Of a stretch of DNA of 64,000 nucleotides, positions 28,098-39,990 are shown piece by piece; position 1 is the stretch's first letter; every line of letters begins with the position of its first letter. The stretch lies in the NCBI GenBank assembly GCA_002898535.1, contig BEHN01000001.1, positions 261,564-325,563 on the forward strand. The letters run 5' to 3'. The stretch is from a bacterium HR11. GTDB taxonomy: Bacteria > Acidobacteriota > HRBIN11. Both the position numbers and the translations under genes were made by a program. The notes beneath the pieces are model-generated. The model was not told the origin of the DNA. It did no database searches and saw nothing but the letters and a program-made list of their open reading frames with translations.

Positions 28098-29801
28098 ATG
28101 GAAAGGGTCTGGATTTTGGACACGACGCTTCGGGACGGGGAGCAGTCCCCGGGCGTCGCCTTGAACGCCGATCAAAAGCTGGAGATCGCCCGCGCCTTGG
28201 CGGCCCTGCGAGTCGACGTCATCGAGGCCGGATTCCCCGCCTCCTCGCCGGGCGACTTTCAAGCCGTCCGCCGTATCGCCCGGGAGGTGCGGGGTTGCGT
28301 CATCGCCGGGCTGGCGCGGGCGGTGCCGAACGATGTGGATGCTTGCTGGGAGGCCCTGCGGCCGGCCGAGTCTCCCCGCATCCACATCTTCATCTCCAGC
28401 TCGGACATCCATATTATGCACCAACTGGAAAAGAGCCGGGAAGAGGTCCTCGAGATGGCGCGGGCGATGGTCGCCCGGGCCCGGAGGTACTGCCCGGACG
28501 TCGAGTTCTCCCCGATGGACGCCACCCGGTCGGACCGGCGGTTCGTCTACCAGATGTTAGAAGCCGTGATCGACGCCGGGGCGACGGTCGTCAACATCCC
28601 CGACACGGTCGGCTACGCCATCCCGGAGGAGTTCGCCGACTTCATCCGGAGCATCCGGGAGAACGTCCCCAACATCGACCGGGCGGTCATCTCCGTGCAC
28701 TGCCACGACGACCTGGGCTTGGCCGTCGCCAACAGCCTGGCCGCCATCCGGGCCGGTGCCCGGCAGGTCGAGGGGTGCATCAACGGCATCGGCGAACGGG
28801 CCGGCAATGCGGCCCTCGAGGAAATCATCATGGCCCTTCGCACACGGCGGGACTTCTTCGGGGTCGAGGTCGGCGTCGACACGACCCAAATCTATCGGGT
28901 CAGCCAGCTCGTGTCCCGGCTCACGGGCATGCCCGTCCAGCCGAACAAGGCCATCGTGGGCGTCAACGCCTTCCGGCACCAGTCGGGCGTCCACCAGCAC
29001 GGCGTCGTCAAGCTCCGGGAGACCTACGAGATCATCGACCCCCGGGACATCGGCCTCCCCCGGGGCGGGATCATCGTCCTCAACAAGAATTCCGGCCGGG
29101 CCGGCTTGCAGGCCCGGCTCAAGGAGTTGGGCTACACGCTAAGCGAAGAGGAGATGGACCGGGTCTTCCGGGCCTTCAAAGAGCTGGCCGACCGAAAGGG
29201 CGAGGTCCACGACGCCGACCTCGTCGCCCTCATGGCGGCCGAACGGACCCCGGCCCGGGAGACTTTCCAACTGGACCTCCTGCAGGTCTCCTGTGCCAAC
29301 GGGACGCCGACGGTCACGGTCCGGCTCGTCGGGTCGGGCGGCCGGGTCGTCGAGACGACCGTCACGGGGACGGCGCCTCCGGAGTCGTCTTACCGGACGA
29401 TGGGCGACCTGGTCGGCACGTCCCACCGCCTGGTCGAGTCCTATCAGGTCCGGACCGTGCCCCAGCCGACCGACGATGCGCCCTGTGCCGTGACGGTCTG
29501 GATCGACGTGAACGGATACAGCTTCATCGGCCGTGGCGCCGACCCCGACGTCATCGTGGCCGCCTCCCGGGCTTTGCAGGACGCTCTCGGCCAGTTTCTG
29601 ACGCGGGGCGTCCCCTCGGCGACGCACCGGCCCGGTGAGGTCATGGTCCGCATCGACGTCGATGGCCGTCAGCTGGTCGGTCGGGCCCGCAATACGGATG
29701 TCATCGTGGCCTCGGCCCGGGCCTTGATGGACGCCCTCCAGGGCGTCCTGGTAGCGGGCGTGGCCGCCGAGGAGACCGTGCCCCTCGTCTCCGGCCGGTG
29801 A
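28098..29801 (+). CDS. leuA: 2-isopropylmalate synthase
   Basis: [36 protein letters not shown]. Confidence 0.93.
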   Translation: MERVWILDTTLRDGEQSPGVALNADQKLEIARALAALRVDVIEAGFPASSPGDFQAVRRIAREVRGCVIAGLARAVPNDVDACWEALRPAESPRIHIFISSSDIHIMHQLEKSREEVLEMARAMVARARRYCPDVEFSPMDATRSDRRFVYQMLEAVIDAGATVVNIPDTVGYAIPEEFADFIRSIRENVPNIDRAVISVHCHDDLGLAVANSLAAIRAGARQVEGCINGIGERAGNAALEEIIMALRTRRDFFGVEVGVDTTQIYRVSQLVSRLTGMPVQPNKAIVGVNAFRHQSGVHQHGVVKLRETYEIIDPRDIGLPRGGIIVLNKNSGRAGLQARLKELGYTLSEEEMDRVFRAFKELADRKGEVHDADLVALMAAERTPARETFQLDLLQVSCANGTPTVTVRLVGSGGRVVETTVTGTAPPESSYRTMGDLVGTSHRLVESYQVRTVPQPTDDAPCAVTVWIDVNGYSFIGRGADPDVIVAASRALQDALGQFLTRGVPSATHRPGEVMVRIDVDGRQLVGRARNTDVIVASARALMDALQGVLVAGVAAEETVPLVSGR

Positions 29802-29883
29802 AGGCGGGACATGCTCCAGATCGGCGTTCCACGGGATCGCTCGCCCGTCGACCCCTATCGAGTGGCCTGAGGAGGAACCCCGG

Positions 29884-31293
29884 ATGCCGCCGAAGACGCT
29901 CCTGGAAAAAGTGTGGGAGGCCCACGTCGTCGACGAGGCCGACGGCCGGGCTCTTCTCTATGTGGACCTTCACCTCGTCCACGAAGTCACCTCGCCCCAG
30001 GCGTTCGAGGGCCTCCGCCTGGCCGGCCGCCGGGTCCGCCGCCCCGACCTGACGGTGGCGACGGCCGACCACAACGTGCCGACGGAGGCCCGACCGGTGC
30101 CGATCGCGGACGCCGTCGCCCGACGCCAGGTCGAAGCCCTGCGGGCGAACTGTGAGGCCTTTGGGATTACCTACTTTGGACTCGAGTCCGACCGTCAGGG
30201 AATCGTCCACGTCATCGGCCCCGAGCTGGGCCTGACCCAGCCCGGCATGGTCATCGTGTGCGGCGACTCCCACACGTCGACCCACGGGGCCTTCGGGGCC
30301 CTGGCCTTCGGCATCGGGACGTCGGACGTCGAGCACGTCCTGGCGACCCAGTGCATCTGGATGAACAAGCCTAAAACGATGGAGATTCGCGTCGAGGGCT
30401 CGCTCCCCCGGGGCGTCACGGCCAAGGACCTGATCCTGGGCATCATCGGCCGGATCGGCGTCGACGGCGCCGTCGGCCACGTCGTCGAGTACACCGGTCC
30501 GGCCATCCGGGCCCTCTCGATGGAGGGCCGGATGACCGTCTGCAACATGTCCATCGAGGCCGGCGCCCGGGCCGGGATGGTCGCCCCCGACGACACGACC
30601 TTCGCCTACCTCGAGGGCCGTCCCTTCGCCCCTCGGGGCCGGGACTGGGAACGGGCTCTCGCCTACTGGCAGAGCCTGCCGACGGACCCCGGCGCCGTCT
30701 ACGATAAGACCGTCGTCATCGACGCCTCCACGATGGAGCCTTACGTGACCTGGGGGACTCGACCCGACCAGGTCGCCCCCGTCACGGGCCGGGTGCCCGA
30801 CCCGGCCTCCTTGGCCCGACCCGAGGACCGGGCGGCGGCCGAACGGGCCCTCCAGTACATGGGCTTAGAGCCGGGGACGCCGATTCAGGAAATCTGGGTC
30901 GACCGGGTCTTCATCGGGTCGTGCACGAACGCCCGCATCGAGGACCTCCGGGCGGCGGCCGCCGTCGTACGGGGCCGGCGGGTCCACCCCCGGGTCCGGG
31001 CGATGGTCGTGCCCGGTTCGACCCAGGTCAAGCGCCAGGCCGAAGCCGAAGGCCTCGACCGGGTCTTCAAGGAGGCCGGCTTCGAGTGGCGGGAGTCGGG
31101 GTGTTCGATGTGCCTCGGCATGAACCCCGACATCCTGCGACCCGGCGAGCGGTGCGCCTCGACGTCCAACCGCAACTTCGAGGGCCGGCAGGGCCCCGGG
31201 GGACGGACCCACCTGGTCAGCCCGCTGATGGCGGCGGCCGCCGCCATCGCCGGCCGATTCGTCGATATCCGGACCTGGGACTGGGACGAGTAA
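29884..31293 (+). CDS. leuC: 3-isopropylmalate dehydratase large subunit
   Basis: [47 protein letters not shown]. Confidence 0.97.
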   Translation: MPPKTLLEKVWEAHVVDEADGRALLYVDLHLVHEVTSPQAFEGLRLAGRRVRRPDLTVATADHNVPTEARPVPIADAVARRQVEALRANCEAFGITYFGLESDRQGIVHVIGPELGLTQPGMVIVCGDSHTSTHGAFGALAFGIGTSDVEHVLATQCIWMNKPKTMEIRVEGSLPRGVTAKDLILGIIGRIGVDGAVGHVVEYTGPAIRALSMEGRMTVCNMSIEAGARAGMVAPDDTTFAYLEGRPFAPRGRDWERALAYWQSLPTDPGAVYDKTVVIDASTMEPYVTWGTRPDQVAPVTGRVPDPASLARPEDRAAAERALQYMGLEPGTPIQEIWVDRVFIGSCTNARIEDLRAAAAVVRGRRVHPRVRAMVVPGSTQVKRQAEAEGLDRVFKEAGFEWRESGCSMCLGMNPDILRPGERCASTSNRNFEGRQGPGGRTHLVSPLMAAAAAIAGRFVDIRTWDWDE

Positions 31294-31410
31294 GTCCCGG
31301 GCCCCAGAAACATGCGAACTGCGGATCGGGTAGATTCATCATCCAATCTTGCATCCGACCCAACACCCCGCACCGGACACCCGACCCTGAAGACCGAGGA
31401 GGTCAGGCCG

Positions 31411-32025
31411 ATGGAACCGTTCCGGCGCCACACCGGAATCGTCGCCCCCTTAGACCGGACGCACGTCGACACGGACCAGATCATGCCCAAGCAGTTCCTG
31501 AAGCGCATCGAGCGGACCGGCTACGGGGCCTTCCTGTTCTTCCACTGGCGCTACCGGCCCGACGGCCAGCCGGACCCGACGTTCGAGCTGAACCGACCCG
31601 AATATCAGGGCGCTACCATCCTGGCGACGGGCCGCAACTTCGGATGCGGTTCCTCCCGGGAGCATGCCGTATGGGGCCTGAAAGACTACGGCTTTCGGGT
31701 CATCATCGCTCCGTCGTTTGCCGACATCTTCTTTCACAACTGCATTCAGAACGGCCTCCTGCCGGCGGTCGTGACGGAGGAGGCCGCCCGGGCCATCATC
31801 GACCGGGCCCGGACCCGGCCCGGATGGCGGCTGACGGTCGACTTAGAGCGTCAGGTCCTCTCTGACGAGGCTGACCTGCGCATCGAATTCCACATCGACC
31901 CCCAGGCCCGGGAACGGCTCCTGAACGGGTGGGACGACATCGACCTGACCCTCCTCCGGGAGGACCGCATCCGGGCTTACGAGCGACGACGACCCAAGTG
32001 GCTCCCCCGTGTCAGTCAGCAATAA
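31411..32025 (+). CDS. leuD: 3-isopropylmalate dehydratase small subunit
   Basis: VDTDQIMPKQFLK, NFGCGSSREHA, SFADIF; GAGGAGG RBS before ATG 31411. Confidence 0.96.
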   Translation: MEPFRRHTGIVAPLDRTHVDTDQIMPKQFLKRIERTGYGAFLFFHWRYRPDGQPDPTFELNRPEYQGATILATGRNFGCGSSREHAVWGLKDYGFRVIIAPSFADIFFHNCIQNGLLPAVVTEEAARAIIDRARTRPGWRLTVDLERQVLSDEADLRIEFHIDPQARERLLNGWDDIDLTLLREDRIRAYERRRPKWLPRVSQQ

Positions 32026-32031
32026 TAAGCC

Positions 32032-32206
32032 ATCTCATATAAAGGTGCCTGGAAGCGCTCGCATCCATCCGACCATAGACCATAGACCACAGACCACGGA
32101 CCATAGACCGGCTTGGGCCCAGGAGCTCCATGGTCCATGGTCTATGGTCTATGGGCTGTGGTCGGATATCGAAGGTCCGATCCCGGTCCCGTCGGATTTA
32201 TGAGAT
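32032..32206. mobile_element. Shell-Y element with heptamer cargo
   Basis: ATCTCATA...TCCGACCATAGACCATAGACCACAGACC...GGTCTATGGTCTATGG...GTCGGATTTATGAGAT. Confidence 0.7.
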
Positions 32207-32420
32207 TGGTTTTAGGCAGATGGGCCGATAGGCAGTCGGCGATTGGAAGTGCGAGGCGCGGAAAGATTGCGAATTGCGAATTTCAGATGGCGAATTCGCG
32301 ATCCGCCATTCGTATTCCGAAGTCCCTCAGTCCCTGACGTCCGATACCCATTCTGCATCCTGTATCCTGACTCATGACCTATTTCGTGCATCCTACAAGC
32401 TCACGCCAGGAGGGCTCACG

Positions 32421-33242
32421 ATGTTCCAAGACAAGCGCATCGCCGTCATCGGCGTCGGCAAGATCGGCGGTGCCCTCATCGCCGGCCTGCTCCAGAGCGG
32501 CATGGTCCGGCGGGAGGCCATCGCCGGGAGTACGGGCCACGCGGAGACGGCCCGTCGAGCGGCCCAGACTTACGAGATCCCTGTCCTGACCGATAACCGG
32601 GCCCTGGTTCGGGACCGAGACATCATCATCCTGGCCGTCAAACCCCAGACCATTCGAAAAGTCGTCGCCGAGGTCCGGGACCTGATCACGCCGGACCAGC
32701 TGGTCGTCACCCTGGCGGCCGCCACGCCGACGGCCCGGATCGAGGAGGTCTTGGAACGGCCCGTCCCGGTCGTGCGGGCGATGCCCAACATGCCCTGCCT
32801 CGTACAGAAGGGGATGACCGTCCTGTGCCCGGGCCGTTATGCGCAAGAGGCCCACGTCCAAATGGCCTGCGCCCTCTTTCAGCCCCTGGGCCGGGTCGAG
32901 GTCATCGACTCCGAGGACCTGATGGACGCCGTGACGGCCCTCTCGGGAAGCGGGCCGGCCTATGCTTACATCATCATCGAGTCGCTGGCCGAGGGCGGCG
33001 TCAAGGTCGGCCTCCCCCGGGACCTGGCGACGACCCTGGCGGCCCAGTCTCTCCTGGGCGCGGCGGCCATGGTCCTGGAGACCCGGGAGCACCCGGCCCG
33101 CCTGAAAGACGAGGTGACGACCCCGGCCGGCGTGACCATCGACGGCATCATGGAACTCGAAGACGGAGGCCTGCGTGTGACCCTCATCAAGGCCGTCGAC
33201 CGGGCGACCCGGAAGTCCAAGGAGCTGTCCCGCGCCCATTGA
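32421..33242 (+). CDS. proC: Pyrroline-5-carboxylate reductase
   Basis: IGVGKIG, LAVKPQ, RAMPN, TALSGSGPAY, VTTPAGVTI; AGGAGG RBS. Confidence 0.95.
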   Translation: MFQDKRIAVIGVGKIGGALIAGLLQSGMVRREAIAGSTGHAETARRAAQTYEIPVLTDNRALVRDRDIIILAVKPQTIRKVVAEVRDLITPDQLVVTLAAATPTARIEEVLERPVPVVRAMPNMPCLVQKGMTVLCPGRYAQEAHVQMACALFQPLGRVEVIDSEDLMDAVTALSGSGPAYAYIIIESLAEGGVKVGLPRDLATTLAAQSLLGAAAMVLETREHPARLKDEVTTPAGVTIDGIMELEDGGLRVTLIKAVDRATRKSKELSRAH

Positions 33243-33737
33243 GTAGGGCCCAGGGCAAATGCCCTGATTCTATGCTCCGTGCGCTGTACCTTTTGCGCTT
33301 TGCTCTGGGCCTTCTTCATCTCTCCCCTCCAACCGGTGATGGGTTCGGGGCGCCCACCCTTGACAGGCCTGGGGTGAAAACTTATTTTTGAGGCGGTACC
33401 CGATATTCCCCTCAAGGGAGGCCCAGCATGGAATGTGCAGACCGCCGTCGGGTCCATGGCTTCTCTGGAATTGCTTCCTCTTCGGTTTTCCCCCGCTCGC
33501 CGTCCCCGCGAGTTTTGGTCCTGCGTCGGATCCTGCATAGGCCGGTCCGGGCCGCCCGGTAAGCCGGCACTCCATCGCCGCACGCGTCCCTGCGGAGCTC
33601 ATGGCGCAGGTTTGATCGCGTCGAAATTTTTGGAGTTTTAATTCTTTATTTATATTTTATAAAGCCGGGAAGCGGTACGACCCGGCCATCCAACACTGAA
33701 CTCTGCCCGCCCCGCTCCACGACTTCGGGAGGTACAG

Positions 33738-36700
33738 GTGATGGGGACGCCGGTTCGACGCCCAACTCCCTTGTACGATCCCCGGCACGAGCAAGACGCC
33801 TGCGGCGTCGGCCTCATCGTCCGCCTGGACGGTCAAAAGACCCACGCGGTCGTCCGGACGGCCATCGAGGCCGTCGTCCGCTTGAGCCATCGGGGTGCCC
33901 TCGACGCCGACGCCCGGACGGGTGACGGCGCCGGTATCCTGGTCCGTCTGCCCCGACCCTTCTTCGCTCGGGAAGCGGTCCGGTTAGGTCTCCACATCTC
34001 ATCTCTCCATCAGCTCGCCGTGGCGATGGTCTTCCTGCCGTCCGACCCGGCGGCCGCCGCCGAGGCCCGGCGGGTCTTCACGCGCGCCTTCGCCGACCGG
34101 CAACTTCAAGTCCTGGGCTGGCGCCCCGTCCCCGTCTGCCCCGATGTCCTGGGCGACCGGGCCCGCCGGGATTGTCCGACGATCGAACAGGCCCTGATCG
34201 TCCCGGCGACGGACCTCACGGGCGTGGACTACGAGCGGCGTCTGTACTTAGCCCGGAAGACGGCCGAGGCCCGCTGGCGGGCTGGGTCCATCGATGGGGC
34301 CTACGTCGTCTCATGCTCCCACCGGACGCTGGTCTACAAGGGCCTGCTGGCCGCCAAGCAGTTGGCGGCCTTCTACCCGGACCTGTCCGACCCGGACTTC
34401 GCTTCGGACTTTGCGATCTTCCATCAGCGCTATAGCACGAACACCCTCCCGAGCTGGCCCCTGGCCCAGCCCTTCCGATTTCTCGCCCACAACGGTGAGA
34501 TCAATACGTTGACCGGAAACGTCCTCTGGATGCAGGCGCGGGAGGCGGACCTGACGGCCTCCGTGTGGGGGTCCGACGGAGACGTCCTTCGGCCCGTCGT
34601 CGTGCCGGGCGGAAGCGATTCGGCGATGCTCGACAACGTCCTCGAACTCCTGGTCCTCTCGGGACGGAACGTCCTGCACGCGATTCGACTCCTGATCCCC
34701 GAGGCGTGGGAGCACCGGCGGGACCTGCCGCCTGAGTGGCGGGCCTTCTATGACTTTCATGCCGGCGTGATGGAGCCCTGGGACGGGCCGGCCGCCATCG
34801 CCTTCACGGACGGACGCTACGTGGGTGCCGTCCTGGACCGGAACGGCCTGCGGCCCCTGCGGTATCAGGTCCTGCGGGACGGCTGGCTCATCGCCGCCTC
34901 CGAGGCCGGCGTCATCGACGTGCCGCCCGAGCGGGTCCTCCACCGAGGCCGCCTGGGCCCCGGCGACATCATCGCCGTCGATACGGCGACGGGGGCCCTC
35001 TTGCAGAAGGCCGAGATCATGGACCGACTCACGGCGGCGCGGCCTTACGCGCATTGGGTCCGGCGGCGCTTCCGCTTTCAGCCGGGCCGACCTCCCCAGA
35101 CCTTCGGTCCGGTGCCCGAGCCCTTGACCCGGTGGCAACGGGCCTTCGGGTGGACCCACGAAGACGTCCGGATGGTCGTCCAGGCCATGGCCGAGCAGGG
35201 GCAGGACCTGGTCTGGTCGATGGGCGACGACACGCCCCTGGCGGTCCTGTCGAGCCGTCGGCGGCCCCTGACGTTCTACTTCAAGCAACGCTTTGCCCAG
35301 GTCACGAACCCGCCCATCGATCCCCTGCGGGAAACGCTCGTCATGTCCCTGGACGTCTACCTGGGTCCCCGACCGAACTTCCTCGAGGAGTCCCTCGACC
35401 ACGTCCGGGCCGTCCACCTGACGAGTCCCATCTTATCCGAGGCCGACCTGGCGGCCTTGCTCCGGTCGGCGCCCCTGCGCTACCGGACCCTGGGATGTCA
35501 CTTCCCGGCCGACGACCCGGCGCGTCTGGCCCCGGCCCTGGCGGCCCTCCTTCAGGAAGCCGAAAAGGCCGTCGACGACGGCGCCGAGCTCCTCGTCTTG
35601 ACCGACCGATGCATCGGACCCGACCGGGCGCCGATCCCCATGCTCCTGGCCGTCTCGGCCGTACACCATCACCTCATCCGGCGGGGCAAGCGGCTTCAGA
35701 CCGACATCGTCGTCGAGACGGGTGCCGTGTGGGACATCCACCATGCGGCCCTCCTGATCGGCTTTGGGGCCAGTGCCGTCTGCCCCTACCTGCTGTTTGC
35801 GACGGCCCGCCACTTAGCGACCCACGAACGGAACCTGGGCGGACTTTCACCGGAAGAGGCCGTCGAGCGTTGCCGTCGGGCCTTGGAGAAGGGCCTCCTC
35901 AAGATCATGGCCAAGATGGGGATCTCGGCTCTCCGGTCCTATCGGGGCGCGCAGGTCTTTGAGATCCTGGGCCTTGCCCACGAGGTCGTCGAGCGCTACT
36001 TTCCCCACACGCCGGCCCGCCTGGGCGGCGTCGGCCTGGAGGACATCGCCGAAGACGTCCTGGCGTGGCACCGGGCGGCTTTTCAGGAATCACCGGAATC
36101 GGATCGGCTTCCCGACATCGGCTACATCCGGTACCGGGGGGACGGGGAGTTCCACGGCTTCCATCCCGAGATGGTGCGGGCTCTCCACCGGGCCGTCGAG
36201 ACGGGCGATTGGGAAGACTACGAGCGCTACCTGGAGGTCCTTCGCAAGGCTCCGCCCCATACCCTGCGGGACCTCCTGGAGGTCGTCTCCGACCGCCCGC
36301 CGGTCCCCCTCGAGGAGGTCGAGCCGGCCGAGGCGATCATCCGTCGACACTTCGTCGTCTCGGGCATGTCCCTGGGTGCCCTCTCGTGGGCGGCCCACCG
36401 GACCTTGGCCATCGCCATGAACCGACTGGGAGCCCGGAGCAATTGCGGAGAGGGCGGCGAAGACCCGGCCTGGTATCGACCCCACCCGGGCGGCGACCGG
36501 GCCGACCATCGAGTCAAGCAGGTCGCCTCGGGCCGCTTCGGCGTGACGACCGAGTACCTTGTCCGGGCCGACGAGCTCGAGATCAAGATCGCCCAGGGGT
36601 CCAAGCCGGGCGAGGGCGGTCAGCTCCCGGGCCTCAAGGTCAGCGCCTTCATCGCCCGCATCCGGCACACCGTCCCGGGCGTCGCCCTGATCTCACCGCC

Positions 36701-38264
36701 GCCCCATCACGACATTTACAGCATCGAGGACCTGGCTCAGCTCATTTACGACCTCAAGGCGGTGAACCCCCGTGCCCGGGTCGGCGTCAAGCTCGTCGCC
36801 GAAAGCGGCGTCGGGACCATCGCCGCCGGCGTCGCCAAGGCCTATGCCGACTACGTCCAGGTCGGGGGGATGGAGGGCGGGACGGGCGCTTCGCCCCTGT
36901 CGTCCATCAAGAACGCCGGCTGTCCCTGGGAACTGGGCCTGGCCGAGACCCAGCAGGCTCTCATCCGGAACGGCCTCCGGGGTCGGGTCCGTGTGCGGGT
37001 CGACGGCGGGTTCAAGACAGGCCGAGACGTCATCGTGGCGGCCCTCCTCGGGGCCGAGGAGTTCGGATTCGGAACGGCCGCCCTCCTGGCGATGGGTTGC
37101 AAGATGGCCCGCCAGTGCCACCTGAACACGTGCCCGACGGGGATCGCCACCCAACGGGAGGACCTGATCCGGGAGCGCTTCCGGGGAACGCCCGAGGGCG
37201 TCATCCGGTTCTTTACCTTCATCGCCGAGGAAGTCCGGCGATGGCTGGCCGCCCTGGGCTACCGGCGGCTGGAAGAGGTCGTCGGCCGCGTCGACCTGCT
37301 TCGCCCCCGGGCCCAGGTCGACCATCCCCGGGCGGCGAAGCTGGACCTGACGCCGCTCCTGGCCGACGGGGCCGCTGAAGACTCCGAACCCCGCCGGTGC
37401 GTCCAGGACCGGAACGACCCGCCCCATCCGGTCTTCGACGACCGCGTCCTGGCGGTCATTCGGCCGGCCCTCGAGAAGGGCGAGCCGGTCGTCTATGAGG
37501 GTTCGGTCCGGAATTCAGACCTGACCGTCGGGGCCCGCATCGCTGGTGAGATCGTCCGGCGCCACGGCCTCCGGGGCCTGCCACCACGAACTGTCGAACT
37601 TCGGCTCCGGGGCGCGGCCGGCCAGAGCTTCGGGGCCTTCTGCGTCGAGGGCCTTCGGCTGGTCTTAGAGGGCGAGGCTAACGATTACGTCGGCAAGGGC
37701 ATGAGCGGCGGCGAGATCGTCATCCGGCCCCCCTCGAATGCGACCTTCCGGCCGGAAGAAAACGTCATCGTGGGGAACACGGTCCTCTACGGCGCCACAG
37801 GCGGCCGGGTCTTCATCGCCGGTCGGGCCGGCGAGCGGTTCGCCGTCCGCAACAGCGGGGCCGTCGCCGTCGTCGAGGGCGTCGGCGACCATGCCTGCGA
37901 GTACATGACCCAGGGTTGCGTCGTCGTCCTGGGGCCGACGGGATGGAACTTCGGGGCCGGCATGAGCCACGGCCGGGCCTATGTCTACGACCCGGCCGGC
38001 GAGTTTCCCGAACGGTGCCATGCCGAATGGGTCGTCGCCCGGCGACTGGAGCTCGACCGGGCCGAGGAGCTCCGAAGCCTCCTCCAGGACCACTGGGCGG
38101 CGACGGGAAGCCCCCGGGCGGCGGCCCTGTTGGCCGCATGGCCGGCCTGCGTCGGCGACTTCTGGGTCGTCGAGCCGAAGGCGGCCCCGGCTGTCGCTCC
38201 ACCGCCGGAGACGACCCAGCAAGCCGAACCCGTCCCCGTCCGCGTCCGCCGGCCGCAGAATTAG
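33738..38264 (+). CDS. gltB: Glutamate synthase large subunit
   Basis: DACGVG amidotransferase Cys, HQRYSTNT, EIKIAQGSKPGEGGQL, CKMARQCHLNTCPTG, GXGXG C-terminal domain. Confidence 0.96.
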   Translation: MMGTPVRRPTPLYDPRHEQDACGVGLIVRLDGQKTHAVVRTAIEAVVRLSHRGALDADARTGDGAGILVRLPRPFFAREAVRLGLHISSLHQLAVAMVFLPSDPAAAAEARRVFTRAFADRQLQVLGWRPVPVCPDVLGDRARRDCPTIEQALIVPATDLTGVDYERRLYLARKTAEARWRAGSIDGAYVVSCSHRTLVYKGLLAAKQLAAFYPDLSDPDFASDFAIFHQRYSTNTLPSWPLAQPFRFLAHNGEINTLTGNVLWMQAREADLTASVWGSDGDVLRPVVVPGGSDSAMLDNVLELLVLSGRNVLHAIRLLIPEAWEHRRDLPPEWRAFYDFHAGVMEPWDGPAAIAFTDGRYVGAVLDRNGLRPLRYQVLRDGWLIAASEAGVIDVPPERVLHRGRLGPGDIIAVDTATGALLQKAEIMDRLTAARPYAHWVRRRFRFQPGRPPQTFGPVPEPLTRWQRAFGWTHEDVRMVVQAMAEQGQDLVWSMGDDTPLAVLSSRRRPLTFYFKQRFAQVTNPPIDPLRETLVMSLDVYLGPRPNFLEESLDHVRAVHLTSPILSEADLAALLRSAPLRYRTLGCHFPADDPARLAPALAALLQEAEKAVDDGAELLVLTDRCIGPDRAPIPMLLAVSAVHHHLIRRGKRLQTDIVVETGAVWDIHHAALLIGFGASAVCPYLLFATARHLATHERNLGGLSPEEAVERCRRALEKGLLKIMAKMGISALRSYRGAQVFEILGLAHEVVERYFPHTPARLGGVGLEDIAEDVLAWHRAAFQESPESDRLPDIGYIRYRGDGEFHGFHPEMVRALHRAVETGDWEDYERYLEVLRKAPPHTLRDLLEVVSDRPPVPLEEVEPAEAIIRRHFVVSGMSLGALSWAAHRTLAIAMNRLGARSNCGEGGEDPAWYRPHPGGDRADHRVKQVASGRFGVTTEYLVRADELEIKIAQGSKPGEGGQLPGLKVSAFIARIRHTVPGVALISPPPHHDIYSIEDLAQLIYDLKAVNPRARVGVKLVAESGVGTIAAGVAKAYADYVQVGGMEGGTGASPLSSIKNAGCPWELGLAETQQALIRNGLRGRVRVRVDGGFKTGRDVIVAALLGAEEFGFGTAALLAMGCKMARQCHLNTCPTGIATQREDLIRERFRGTPEGVIRFFTFIAEEVRRWLAALGYRRLEEVVGRVDLLRPRAQVDHPRAAKLDLTPLLADGAAEDSEPRRCVQDRNDPPHPVFDDRVLAVIRPALEKGEPVVYEGSVRNSDLTVGARIAGEIVRRHGLRGLPPRTVELRLRGAAGQSFGAFCVEGLRLVLEGEANDYVGKGMSGGEIVIRPPSNATFRPEENVIVGNTVLYGATGGRVFIAGRAGERFAVRNSGAVAVVEGVGDHACEYMTQGCVVVLGPTGWNFGAGMSHGRAYVYDPAGEFPERCHAEWVVARRLELDRAEELRSLLQDHWAATGSPRAAALLAAWPACVGDFWVVEPKAAPAVAPPPETTQQAEPVPVRVRRPQN

Positions 38265-38541
38265 ACCGACGGCTTCGAGGGCAAAGATATCCGAATATGG
38301 CATGGGCGGCTGGACGTTTAAAGACTTGTGGTTTATCAACGATCCGGAGCTTCAGGGGGCCCTACGATGTCAGTGCAAGCGAGGTCATCACTTTCCAGAC
38401 GATTTCCGTCCCTCCGGGTCCCAACGTCGACCTGGCAGAGGGCGGTAATTTTTCGCTGAACGGATGACAGGACAATGGGGACCGTACTTGGGGAGAAGTC
38501 GTCGCCGAGAGCCGGACGGACCGGGAGGCCTTGGGACTTTG

Positions 38542-39660
38542 TCATGCCATCTCCCCGTCACCTTTTCCAAGGGCGGCGGCAATGCGCTCGCCCATCGTGA
38601 TCGTGTCTACGACGGTCGTCCCGGGCGCGGCGATGTCGGGCGTCCGGTATCCGGCGGCCAGGACGGCCTCGACGGCCCGTTCGACGGCCTCGGCCGCTTG
38701 GGGCAAGCCCAGGGAGTAGCGGAGCATGAGAGCGGCCGACCGGATCATGCCGATGGGATTGGCGACGCCTCGGCCGGCGATGTCGGGGGCCGACCCGTGG
38801 ACGGGCTCGTAGAGGCCCAGGCCTGTACCGTCCCGGCGGCGTCGGCCCAGGCTGGCCGACGGAAGTAAACCGAGGCTCCCCGTCAGGGCGGCCGCCTCGT
38901 CGGTCAGGATGTCGCCGAACATATTCTCGGTCACGAGGACGTCGAAGTCGGCCGGCCGCCGGACCAACTGCATGGCGCAGGTGTCGACCAGCATGTGACG
39001 GAGTTCCACGTCGGGATACGCCCGGGCGACTTCCTCGGCGAGGGCCCGCCAGAGGCGGCTGGAGGCGAGGACGTTGGCCTTATCAACGCTGGTCAGCCGT
39101 CGGCGCCGCTGGCGAGCCAGCTCGAAGGCGACCAGCAGGACCCGTCGGATTTCCGCTTCCGAATATCGAAGGGTGTCGACGGCCTGACGGCCCCGGCGGT
39201 TCCGCCACTGGCGTTGGGGCCGTCCGAAGTACAGCCCGCCGGTCAGCTCCCGGACGACGATGAAGTCGACGTTGCGGGTCACGTCCGGCTTAAGGGGAGA
39301 CGCCTCTTGGAGCCATGGGTACGTCTGGACGGGCCGAAGGTTGGCGAAGAGGCCGAGACCCTTCCGGAGGGTCAGGAGTCCCTGCTCAGGTCGGACAGGC
39401 GCTCGCGGGTCGTCCCATCGAGGGCCGCCGACGGCGCCCAAGAGGACGGCGTGAGCCCGGCGACACCGCTCCAGGGTCTCGGGCCGGAGGGCCACGCCGT
39501 AGCGCTCGATGCAGGCCCCGCCGATGAGGTCTTCATGAAACTCGAAGCGGACGCCGAACCGTCGCTCGACGACCCGGAGGACCCGCAAGGCCTCAGCCAT
39601 GACCTCGGGCCCGATGCCGTCGCCTGGTAGTACGATGATGCGGTAGATGCGTGTCTGCAT
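38542..39660 (-). CDS. leuB: 3-isopropylmalate dehydrogenase
   Basis: [51 protein letters not shown]. Confidence 0.96.
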   Translation of the reverse strand: MQTRIYRIIVLPGDGIGPEVMAEALRVLRVVERRFGVRFEFHEDLIGGACIERYGVALRPETLERCRRAHAVLLGAVGGPRWDDPRAPVRPEQGLLTLRKGLGLFANLRPVQTYPWLQEASPLKPDVTRNVDFIVVRELTGGLYFGRPQRQWRNRRGRQAVDTLRYSEAEIRRVLLVAFELARQRRRRLTSVDKANVLASSRLWRALAEEVARAYPDVELRHMLVDTCAMQLVRRPADFDVLVTENMFGDILTDEAAALTGSLGLLPSASLGRRRRDGTGLGLYEPVHGSAPDIAGRGVANPIGMIRSAALMLRYSLGLPQAAEAVERAVEAVLAAGYRTPDIAAPGTTVVDTITMGERIAAALGKGDGEMA

Positions 39661-39990
39661 GGTACCAGGATGCGTGGCGCGGGATGCGAGATACAAGGTA
39701 CAGGATTATGAATTTGAAGAATGGCCGACGAGGCGTCGGCCTGGCCCATAGGCCAGAAGCCTCCCTCTACGGCTTGACTCTCCAGCCGGCCCCGACGGAC
39801 TCGTCGGCGCCGGTATGTTCTCCGAGTTCCTGTCTGCACGTGTTGAATGAGGACCTGTCCCCCTCGGGTGCATCTCGGAGGAAGCGCTCCTCTGCCCAGC
39901 CCTGGGATCAATCAGGTACGACGTCACGGCCGGTACGTCCAAAACGGCTGACCGGCTCATCCGGGTTCCTCGGACTGTGACATGGCTACA

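Noticed and set aside
33602..33616. Possible sigma54 promoter TGGCGC...TTGA before gltB
   Set aside because: Spacing and -12 element do not fit TGGCAC-N5-TTGC
38290..38467. Lower-GC stretch between gltB and leuB, possible gene remnant
   Set aside because: Short frames without a recognisable motif or RBS; a pseudogene call is unsupported
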